NCBI GenBank assembly: GCA_030704615.1
Contig: JAKLZA010000203.1
Span: 1 to 15,173, forward strand
Direction of reading: 5' to 3'
Origin: Takakia lepidozioides
Taxonomy: Eukaryota; Plantae; Bryophyta
Length of the DNA: 15,173 nt
The translations under genes and the position numbers were made by a program. The notes beneath the pieces are model-generated. The model was not told the DNA's origin. It saw only the letters and a program-made list of their open reading frames with translations, and did not search any database. This document shows positions 1-9,189 of the stretch, piece after piece (position 1 is the first letter of the stretch; each line of letters starts with the position of its first letter).

Positions 1-1139
1 CCTCCTCACGGGCTTTCTGTTTCTTACTAGGGCTAGCAGCAGGGAGCCCTCCAGGACGACCACCTTTTGATTGAGGCGAACTGAAAACCCTCGCGCCGCA
101 CTGCTCACTCCCCCCTCCGCAGCCCGTGACTGCTCTCTCGCCGGGGATTGCATGTGCTTAGCTTTCTTCTTTTTCTTTGCGTGGGCGGGCCCTACTGCAT
201 GTGCATGAACAACCTCCATTGCCGGATCTGCTGTCCTCATGTCCTCACGCCTTCACCTGCCATGCCGCCTGCACCAACCTCCCCAATGCCTACTCTGTCG
301 TAATCTCGTTGCAAGTCCTCCGTCCACCAACAAAAGTTTAAGTTTGCCCCTCCGCCCCAAAGTTGGGCGATTCAAAACATGCGATGAGTTGGAGCTGTCG
401 ATTGATACCACCAGCGTGCCGGGCTCGTCGTCACTCTGTCATTGACAAAAATCGTGAAAACCAACATCGGTGCAAAAAGCAGCATCGCAACGAGCAGCGC
501 AACCACCATAGCAACAATCATGTAGGAAAAATGAAAACATAACAAGTTTAGGAAGTATGGAGAGCCATGCAACAACAATGAAAACAAATGCAACCATTGC
601 CTAAGAATGACATGCACAAGCAGCCTTCTCCAGAGCTGCCGGATTTGCACACGCATTGCAAACAATCTAAGTTCACTCAACTATCTAAAGTTCACTCATA
701 CAGCAAAGCCAGGATGAAGATGCAAAAACAAAGCGAAAGCAAAAAATAAAATCGAACAAACCGAAAGCAGAAGTGGCTTGCCTGAGAGTACTCGGCTTCA
801 GTTGGCGCAGGTTGTGAGCAAGACACTGGAATCTCCTGCTGGAGCTTCAGTTTGGCCATGCGAGAGATTGGCCGTCGTCCGTAGTACAGAGCTTTCAACT
901 TCCGCCGCGGTCTGGATGTGAGGTCTCTCTCAGGAGAGCCACGCCCTTCAGGCGGCATAAGTCCCAGCAAAAAGATCTCCTTTTTGGGGTACATGCCTGG
1001 AATACCATGTTAAGCCAAGTTTAGAATGAGATTTAGGGTACGTGTCCAGGAAGCCATGCGTCGCCAGCCCAAATAATAACGACGGCCGTCGACATTTATT
1101 GCCCAACTGCGCAATTAAATGTCGGATGAAGCCCTCCAT
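1..1139 (-). pseudogene. Frameshifted 5' part of an unknown multi-exon gene (gene X), running off the left edge; possibly a paralog of the ParB-MTase-like gene at the right
   Basis: Coding-like segments on -: ATG 1139 MEGFIRHLIAQLGNKCRRPSLLFGLATHGFLDTYPKSH; frame change near 985 to ...GRGSPERDLTSRPRRKLKALYYGRRPISRMAKLKLQQEIPVSCSQPAPTEAEYSQ; a putative phase-0 GC-AG intron 781..436 (CAG|GCAAGC ... tttttgtcaatgacag|AGT, T-rich on -); then SDDEPGTLVVSIDSS...HAKKKKKAKH...PAASPSKKQKAREE, which needs several 1-nt frameshifts. Confidence 0.4.
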
Positions 1140-1259
1140 GTCGGATGAAAATCGACGTAAACAGTCCCGGAATTTCCAACGTAGAGGTAATTCGGAGCGC
1201 TGCACGATGGAATTCCGGCGTCGGATTTCCATCCTGCAGGTAATTCGGAGCGCAGCAGG

Positions 1260-1560
1260 ATGGATAATCCGGCGCCGAATTTCCATCCGCGGAGGAAGGG
1301 CGGCGGTGGAAATTTCCCTCATGCAGGTAATTCGGAAGCGCGCGGATGGAATCCGGCGCCGAATTTCCATCCGCGGAGGTAGGGCGGCGGTGGAAATTTC
1401 CCTCATGCAGGTAATTCGGAAGCGCGCGGATGGAAATCCGGCGCCGAATTTCCATCCGCGGAGGTAGGGCGGCGGTGGAAATTTCCCTCATGCAGGTAAT
1501 TCGGAAGCGCGCGGATGGAAATCCGGCGCCGAATTTCCATCCACGCAGGTAGGGCGGTGC
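1260..1560 (+). repeat. ~85-bp tandem repeat, about 3.5 copies
   Basis: Unit gatggaaatccggcgccgaatttccatccgcggaggtagggcggcggtggaaatttccctcatgcaggtaattcggaagcgcgcg; periods 84, 85, 85. Confidence 0.95.
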
Positions 1561-1599
1561 GCCAAATTTCCCTCAACCAGGTAATTCGGCGCCGAATTT

Positions 1600-2250
1600 C
1601 CCTCCTGCAGGTAATTCGGATCCCGGATAATGGAAAATTCGGCGCCGAATTTTCCATCCAGCAGGTAAGTCGAATCCCGCATAAATGGAAATTCGCGCCG
1701 AATTTCCATCCAGCAGAATCGAATCCCGCATAAATGGAAATTCGGCGCCGAATTTCCATCCTGCAGGTAATTCGAATCGGTGCCAAATGGATATTCGGCG
1801 CCGAATTTCCATTCGCCATGTATTTCTGAGCGTGGAATTACCTTCGTGCAGGTAATTCCCAGATGAGAATTACCTTTGTGCAGGTAATTTGCCAGATGAG
1901 AATTACCTTCGTGCAGGTAATTTCCAGATGAGAATACCTTCGGCGCAGGTAATTGTGGACGAAGAATTCAGCATCGATGTGAATTACCTTGGAGGAAGGT
2001 AATTCTCATCTGGAAATTACCTGCACAAAGGTAGTTCTCATCTGGCGAATTACCGATTCCACGCTCAGAAATCATGTCGAATGGAAATTCGGCGCCGAAA
2101 TATCCATACGGCACCCATCCGACTTATTACCTGCTGGATGGAAATTCTCGGCGCCGAATTTCCATTTATGAGGGATTCGGCTTACGTGCTTGATGGAAAT
2201 TCGGCGCCGAATTTCCATTCATCCGGTATTCGAATTACCTGCAGGGATGG
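1600..2250. repeat. Large imperfect inverted repeat (foldback) centred near 1955-1980
   Basis: The left arm ...ccgaatttccattcgccatgtatttctgagcgtggaatt (1801-1839) pairs with gattccacgctcagaaatcatgtcgaatggaaattcgg (2055-2092). Complementarity continues outward (gaatcccgcataaatgg vs ccatttatgagggattc; cctgcaggtaattcg vs cgaattacctgcagg). Confidence 0.9.
1836..2053. repeat. ~32-33-bp repeat carrying the dyad AATTACCT-N6-AGGTAATT
   Basis: Copies at 1836, 1868, 1901 and ~1932 (variant), then 1982 and 2015 in inverted context (ccagatgag becomes ctcatctgg). Confidence 0.9.
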
Positions 2251-2420
2251 AAAATTCGGCGCCGAATCTCCATCCACCCGAGATTCCACTTACCTGCTGG
2301 ACGGAAATTCGGCGCCGAATCCTCCATCCATCCGGGATTCCACTTACCTGCTGATGGAAATTCGGCGCCGAATTTCCATCCATCCGGGATTCCACTTACC
2401 TGCAGGATGCAAATTCGGCG
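2247..2420 (+). repeat. 53-bp tandem repeat, about 3.3 copies
   Basis: Unit close to gatggaaattcggcgccgaatYtccatccaYccgggattccacttacctgctg; centres at 2258, 2311, 2364, 2417. Confidence 0.93.
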
Positions 2421-2991
2421 CCGTTTTCCCATCTGTGGAAGTTTTTATGTCGGCCAGTTTCGGTCTGACCCCCGACAAGACTTCCTTTGGGGGGGGCCCG
2501 GATGGAAATTCGGCGCCGAATCTCCGTCCATGGATGTTCTCTGTCGCACACTCGCCCGGCCTCTGCGCCCGAGGCGACTTCATCCGGGCGTCCCTTGTTC
2601 GATATTCGGTGCCGGAATTTCCGTCCGGGGGTTAAATGTGACGGCCAACTGCAGGCCACTCCCCTCCCCGACTGCATCCGAAACCGCCCCGGATGGAAAT
2701 TCGGCGCCGTTTTTCCATCTGGGATGGTTTTTATGCCGTCCAGTTTTCGGCCTGACCCCCCGACACGACTCCCTTTGGGGGCCCGGATGGAAATTCGGCG
2801 CAATCTCCATCCAGGGGATGTTCTCTTGCGCACACACTCCGGCCTCTGCGCCCGAGGCGACTTCATCCGGGCTTCCTCTGTTGGATATTGGGTGCCGAAT
2901 TTCCATTCGGGGGTAGTAATGTGAGGGCACGGTGCCGGCTTCTCCCCTTCAGCCGTCATCATCCGGACGGCCCCCCACTTTCTGACTGCAT
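2405..2991 (+). repeat. Diverged ~286-bp direct duplication, each copy with three palindromes about 95 bp apart
   Basis: Copies start at 2405 and 2691 and share blocks such as ccggcctctgcgcccgaggcgacttcatccgggc and ggcccggatggaaattcggcgc. Confidence 0.92.
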
Positions 2992-4660
2992 ACCGTTGGC
3001 GCGCTCCCACTTGGATGATGCAGAGACACAGTTTGCATGCATACGGGCTTGGTGGACATCGTCAGGTGCTGTAAGGAAATCAGACGAAGGAGCAATGGTC
3101 AGTTGGCTAGCATGGTGGCATTATCGTTTCCTCCAGTTCGGCGACTATATGCGGGAGGTGAGTTGCACGAATTCGCGTCCCGTTGGATATTATTCTTGGC
3201 CATATTTGTAACTTGCTTGTAACCTCAACATGTGCTTGTGCAGGAAATGTGTCTCGACTCCGACACCGACATGCCCACGACAAACATGGCCGAATCAGTG
3301 CGCTCTTCCTGGCGTGCCTCCTCTGCGGCGCATCTGGTGGACATCCTCACTGCCACAACTGAGGACATTGTGAGGTCAATTATGCAGCAATGCAGGTACA
3401 ACGAGTTCTTGAAAGGGAAACAGTGGGGCTTGGGGCCGGACAGGCAGGAAATGCTGATGCGGACTGCCTCCAGATCGAAGAATCCTCGGAAGTGGGCGGC
3501 GGCCTTGCGAGAGGGCCTTCGGGACACGCCATTGCTGCGAAGAGGCCAACATTTGGAAGGAGATGTTCATACCCGTCCAGTGAGACGAAGACTTGACGAG
3601 GCACCTGGCGGAGAAGAGGATTCATGGCGAGCTGACAAGAATATTCGCACGCTCCCTCGTGTCCGGTGATGTTGTCCGAGGAGGTCTCGTCGAGCACCGG
3701 AAGTCCTGCACGTTCAAGATCGCCATCTCCTTTGAGCACAGGGCGCGTGCCCCGGCAACATAACGAGCCATCTGTAGTAAAGCAATACAACATTCCCATT
3801 GTGGAGACAAGAGTGTCGGAGTCACAGTGGAGAATTGCGAGGACATTGCCGGCATTTCGAGGGAAGTGTTGCGCCATCCGGGTGGATACGAGAGCACGCT
3901 GTGGTGAGATGATTCGGAGGAACCCACACGGTGCTGTACCTGCACCTTGTTTCAGCGGCAGATTTTTGACTCCCACATTTGCTCACGCCACAACGCAGAC
4001 ATTTTGGTTCTGTAGGCACGACATAATGACCTGTGTATTTGGCAAGCCAAGTACGGGATTCAGGGAATGCCGGAGCCTCCGGGCGTCTGGCCTGTTGCAC
4101 CGGGTTGCAGCCTCTCTCAGAATGAGGCGGATGCTCTATCTGCAGCAGGATTTCGAATGGTGCAACGCACAGACATCCCGGCCCACGCATTTCCGGTTCC
4201 TCAGACCCAGCCATTGCAGACTGTTCGGTCCAGTAGAGACGGATTGGACAATTCTGCACATCCCACAATGCGATTCGGAAGAGTGAAGAGACGACACCCT
4301 CCCAACAAGTTGAATGAGACTCGGATTGCCAATGCTCTTGGGATGGCTTGCACTATTCAGAGCTCCGTGGACGTACCCCCACCCGGCCTTGGGCGTGTGT
4401 ATCGGATGGCAACGGCCGGCTCGGCTGTACGCGACGATGTATACACAATTACGATTGGAGTGGAGCCGACTTGCAACTGTACGGACTTCTCGTTGATGGA
4501 AGCAAAGAAGGGTTCGAAGTATTATCCGTGCAAGCATCTGTATTACATTTACCTGAAGAGGTTGAGGATGAACGTGACTATTGATGACTTTATTCATGCA
4601 CCGGCGTTGAGCGTGAACGAGCTGCACAAACTCCTCCTTAGGGATTCCAGAAATCATTGA
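2992..4660 (+). pseudogene. 5'-truncated MULE-type transposase with SWIM finger (copy A); exons ~2992-3157 and 3244-4660, with 1-nt frameshifts near 3663 and 4047
   Basis: Colinear with the C-terminal half of the - strand transposase: IRAWWTSSGA vs IRAWWFSSGA; DMPTTNMAESV vs DMPSCNLAETV; HLEG; WRIART vs WHIERT; PAPCFSG vs PAPTFTG; FWFC; WPV; SWIM PTCNCTDF...PCKH. Phase-0 intron 3158-3243 (GAG|GTGAGT...gtgcag|GAA). Lacks the GCM-like domain, both catalytic Asp and CxxH. Confidence 0.88.
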
Positions 4661-4817
4661 TGGGGCAAACGGAATCCTCCATATGGATATTTTCAAATGC
4701 ATTTTGCTGTATCAGACTTTTTTTTTGCAGTGTAATGAAATGCACCCCAAAACTCCTGGAATGAGGCAATATTCCATTCAAACTGAGATCCAACAGAAGC
4801 AGTTGTGGGGCCATTTC

Positions 4818-5180
4818 TGGAAAAATGGCGCCGAATTTCTCTTTTTGGGGCCGAAAACTCGCTAAGTCCCAACATGCACTGGTACCTGTGTTTGGGAAAA
4901 TGGCGCCGAATTTCTCTTTTTGGGGCCGAAAACTGGCTAAGTCCCAACATGCACTGGTACCGTGTCTGGAAAAATGGCGCCGAATTTCTCTTTTTTGGGC
5001 CGAAAACTGGCTAAGTCCCAACATGCACTGGAAAAATGGCGCCGAATTACCTGTCATGAGGGGACCTATAGCCGCGGAATTCGGCACCATTTTTCGCCAG
5101 AGAGACCTATTACCGCGAAATACGTCGCCGTTTTTTCAGGTTACGGACCCTATTACCGTGAAATTCGGCGCCATATTTGC
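4818..5180. repeat. Palindromic-motif array 3: ~74-bp tandem units followed by ~42-bp units in the opposite orientation
   Basis: Unit ggaaaaatggcgccgaatttctctttttggggccgaaaactggctaagtcccaacatgcactgg(tacc..) with centres at 4827, 4902, 4976 and 5038; then gaccta..ccgcg(a)aattcggcRcc..ttt units with centres at 5083, 5124 and 5167. Confidence 0.93.
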
Positions 5181-5627
5181 ACATGTCGCTGGGAATTGGC
5201 ATGAGCGGAAGACGAAATTTCATGAGCACAACTGTCAAAAGTGCAATTTTTCCTTCAAGGGGCCGAATAATATATTTGTTTTTCCTGACACATTGCATTA
5301 AATTATTGTTTTTTATTGTTTTTTATTTTCGAAATTTGTACTTCTGCTCATGAAAACCGATTGTGTTACTACTCTGCTCATGCCGCTCATGCTCATGAAA
5401 TAGCAAACCTCCAATGCCTGCACAAAAAGAGCAATATGAAAATATGGCAGAATAGAGCTCAGAATGATTGACACACTCTATTTCAATTCACAGATAGACG
5501 CTTACAATGAATGGCATGTGCATTTGCCCTGGTTCCGGGAACGAAATGTATGTGTTTGTCCTAAATGCAAAGTCTTCACACGGTAACCTTGAAACCAGTA
5601 TGGGAAGTGGGCATGGCTCGTATGTGT

Positions 5628-8600
5628 TCAAAGAGAATTTGGCTGAGCCCTACGTGAGGTGTCCCGCTGCAGAAGGGTGATGACTTCTCCGTAGCCTAGT
5701 GTGGCTTGGTGAATGAATTGGTCTCTCTTACCGTCGCAACACATAATTACAAGGTATATGTAATATTGATGCTTGCAGGGGACCCACTTCCCTCTCATGC
5801 CGAGAGCGCCCTCACGCATCGTTACAAAATCCGGACAAGTGCAAGTAGGGAAATTCCCCACGGTAACCTGATATTCTTTGCCATGAAGAACTGAGCCAAT
5901 AGACAGCACTGTGTAAATCCGTCCATACCCCGGGGCAGGGACTTCGGTGATACGAGCCACCCGAGCCTGCAAAATTCTAGCCGATTCCATCTTGCATTCG
6001 TGATCTGCACCCGAAGCGACACGGCGCACTGTTTTTCCATCTCTTTTTGTTGGGTGGGAGTCGGCACCGGGTGGAGGCATTGCCGGAGCTTGTGGCACAT
6101 CTGTGCCGACAGTGCACAAGGGCACCACTCGGGATCGTGCAAGACAAAACCCTCCCTCCTCCAGCATGCTTATCTCGGTTGTTGACAGCGACGTCCCAAG
6201 TTTCACAGGCCAAATTGCGGGGGGAGGGGGTTTCATTATCACCGAAGGACGAACTGTTCCCTTGACGCATCGTGCCATATCGTCTGGGCAGAACCAGAAC
6301 TTGTGGTCCTTTGACTCCCCACTATGATAAGGTCGGAACAACCCTGTGAATGTTGGAGCTGGAGTCCCCCTGGAGCCTTTGCATATTTTTGATTTGCATT
6401 TCTTGAAAGAGGGGGTCCGAATTGCCATGCAAGCAACTCTAGATCCTGGTGGGGTGCGTTCTATATGCCACTCACTATCAATGCAATCAGATTCCTGCAC
6501 CATGGCCACCACCTCCTCCAATGGGATTCCTGCTGCTGTGCTTGCATGTTCTGCACCTGCTCCACAGGAGGAGGACCCACCTGGGAAGGGGCCGGCACAG
6601 GACTTAGTCTGCACTGGAGACACCTTTGGCACAGAGAAATTGACCCTGTCTGGGCGATGGGAATCTCCATCTGAACCTGGAAGAGTGTTCAATTTCCTTT
6701 TGCATGATCCAAATCTTTCCTCGCCTTCCAAATGAGGGAGCCTGGATTGCAATGGGGAGCCTTCAGTGCACTGTTCAGAGCTTTGGCCATCTTGGATGGG
6801 TCTCCAGACCTACTCGCAGCCCTTAGCATCAACAAAGTCGAACCGGGGCCCTTGCCTCCACCCCGTCCCATCAGAAAATTGCGGTACCTGGTTTGTTGTG
6901 TGAGTGCCCGCACCATGTCATCAGCAGTGGCCACATACAAGTCACGACCTGCTTTGGTAGATTGCTGCATCCAGGCGTTATGAACAGTCTCCGCCAAATT
7001 ACAGGATGGCATGTCGGCCAAGTCCTCCAAGGACATTTCCTGCACGAGGCATTGCATGGAAATGTGAGGAACGAAAGGAAATGGAAGAGGTTCTTCAAGC
7101 GACAATCCAAGAACCCCAAATGAAGAGGCATGTTGCAAAATTTCTGATTTTGGGATTCGAGAGGCTTACCGTCGTCATGAAAGCTCCCCACTGTCTGTAT
7201 CTGAAGTGCCAGAAAACCAACCAGTCCTCCAACTCCTTCAGGTGGATACCAGTAGCAGCACCAGAGGAGAACCACCAAGCCCGGATTGCTTGGTAAGTGC
7301 TCTCAGCTTCTCCCATTGAGTTGGCATTTTTGTACTTGAGACAGAGCCTTCTGTGCTCCAACTGAAGGTCAGGGCGAATGCACCGCTTTGTATGACGTGC
7401 CAGAGATTGACTCCAATGGAAGAGGCATGTGCGCTCCCTATTTTCCATTGGGACCTTAGGATCCCCCGAACCAAACACGCGCCGCACTGCATTGAAATTT
7501 GCCTGTGCACTATCAGCCATGAAGCCCGCAAAATTTGTCTTCTGTATTCCGTTGCGCTGCATGACGGCCAGGAGCGAATTCCACATGAGCATCTGGGATT
7601 CAGTGTCCTCCGACTGCATATCACAAATTGCTATTGAGAGCACACGTTGGTACGCTGGATCATACACATGGCACGCCATGGTTGTCCAACCCTTGACCCG
7701 TTTGCAGTGATCAAACATCAACCAACATTTAGCCAAATCTCCTCCAGGTTGCATTCGGCGGACAATGCTAACACCACTGCCTTCGCCCACTGCGGACATC
7801 TTGAACAAATAAACCTTGGATGAGCCCTGGCCAGGGAAGATACTGTTTTGAATGAATTCATAGCGACTTCTCCGTTTGAGGTCCATAATGTTGTCCATGA
7901 ATCCAGCATTGCCTGTGCCGACTCTGAGTGCATTCACCTGGTTTCGAATATTGGGAGAGCTCAACACGGAGAAATGGTCCATCACTGCATCAAGCGAATC
8001 TGCATCCAGCATTGGCTGTGTCGAATCCCCTTCACCCAATATGTGTTTTTCCAGGAAAGCCTTGCTAGCTGCAAGCGCTATAGCAGAAGGTGTTGCAGAA
8101 GGGGCATTGTGGAACTCCTGCTTCAGCAGATTTCTAGCGATGTCCACGCTATCCCTGCAACTTCCTTTGGACACAGGATGCTCGTGTGCACCCATATGAA
8201 TGCAGGCACGAGTCATTGTTTTGCACCGGTGTGCCACCTGGTACATACGAGCGTGGCACACAGAAACACAGGACGGGGAAAGTTTGCAGAACCTGCACAC
8301 AAAAGTATTGGTCTTGGGAGGGGCAAGTCCTGGGGTGAAAGGATTCAATGGCACACCTTCCCACTCACTCTCGTTTGGTTGAGCGCTGTTTCTCAGGCGA
8401 GGGCAAGTTATATTCAGGCACTTGCAATGCCCAACGCAAACCGACCTTCGAAATTTCAATCCAATGTCGTTGTGGATGTTTGACGTTTTTGTCCTGCACC
8501 AAGGGTGTCCGTCATGTTTCTTGTCCATGCCCTGCAGAAGCCCAGCCAGTCCATTGGAAGACGTGGGAGGGTTGAGCTCAAACAAGATGTCCCCATCAAA

Positions 8601-9189
8601 CTCTGCTGGCACGTATTGAACCCGCTGCACACGAAGGGACTCCCAATCAACAAAACGCAGCTCGCTCTTGCACCCAGGCACCCCTGCGAGGGCTTTCAAT
8701 TTTGGAATGACACTTGTTATCTCTTGCAATTCGGATTCATCCAAGAATGGAGTCTGCACTGGCGGAGGAATCTCAGAAACATCCTCCGAGGACGAGTCTG
8801 AAAGAGTCACGAATGTAGTGGATGTGCTCACCTCTTTTTTCACATGAACTGTGCCCTTCTGCTGCAACCGATGCTGCAGTTCCAGGGGTAATGACTGATC
8901 CTGCTGATTGTCTTCTCTCTTTTCCAAGGACACGGTATGTGCCTGGAAGGACTCTCCACTTCCTTCCACACTCGCCAACCAATGGTTTCTCCAAATGTCC
9001 AGAATCCAAATTCCCATCCTCGTCATACACCTCCTTTTGAACAAGCAGAGAACCCAATTCCAGTGGGAACACTGTAACCAGCTCATCCTCATGAACAACT
9101 GCAAACCCATCGTCGTCTGCAGTGGCAGTCATTGGAAGACTACCTGCATTGGAATGAAATCGTGCTAGTCTATCTCTGTCCTTGGACAT
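5628..9189 (-). CDS. Mutator-like (MULE) DDE transposase, ~1140 aa reconstructed (copy B): N-terminal domain, GCM-like Zn domain, DDE core, Cys-rich domain, SWIM finger. Exons 9189-7170 and 7039-5628; two 1-nt frameshifts (~8855, ~6765)
   Basis: MULE signature: WLMFDH (D at 7710-7712), GFMADSAQA (D at 7512-7514), TCLFHW (CxxH at 7416-7427), CNLAETVH (E at 6989-6991); SWIM CTCPDF...PCKH. Phase-0 intron 7169..7040 (ACG|GTAAGC...gtgcag|GAA). The model joins ORFs 8773-9189, 7095-9110, 6689-7138 and 5628-6752. The 6765 frameshift is supported by the uninterrupted homologous segment in copy A. The 8855 join is inferred only from overlapping coding-like frames. Confidence 0.88.

Larger units (their letters stand above)
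1170..2991. repeat. Composite palindromic-motif array 1 (core GAAATTCGGCGCCGAATTTC)
   Basis: About 22 copies or variants of the core, with GGCGCC centres at 1217, 1271, 1355, 1440, 1525, 1588, 1641, 1694, 1744, 1797, 2091, 2150, 2203, 2258, 2311, 2364, 2417, 2512, 2608, 2703, 2797 and 2891. Perfect 26-bp palindrome at 1734-1759 and perfect 28-bp palindrome at 2353-2380. Confidence 0.97.
1..5200. mobile_element. Probable related, internally deleted or disrupted Mutator-like element A
   Basis: Truncated transposase flanked on both sides by arrays of the same GGCGCCGAATTTC motif, with divergent gene X. Ends not identified. Confidence 0.45.

Noticed and set aside
1080-1124. 12-bp palindrome cgacggccgtcg and an adjacent small hairpin
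   Set aside because: Single copy inside the putative gene X coding region; not distinguishable from chance.
1170-3010. Many overlapping ORFs containing MEIRRRISI / WKFGAEF / GNSAPNFH on both strands
   Set aside because: These are translations of the stop-free palindrome, which reads the same on both strands. There is no independent sign of coding.
4638-5301. ORFs over array 3
   Set aside because: Repeat-derived on both strands, with no recognisable protein features.
8830-8860. Programmed -1 frameshift at AAAAAAG (- strand) joining the N-terminal ORF to the transposase
   Set aside because: The required shift is +1, not -1. A single-base indel or sequencing error is simpler.
3225-9168. Numerous 60-210-aa ORFs antisense or off-frame to the transposases (e.g. 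3380-3976 -, 4136-4702 -, 7848-8483 +)
   Set aside because: They overlap conserved transposase frames, carry no motifs, and are not conserved between the two copies.
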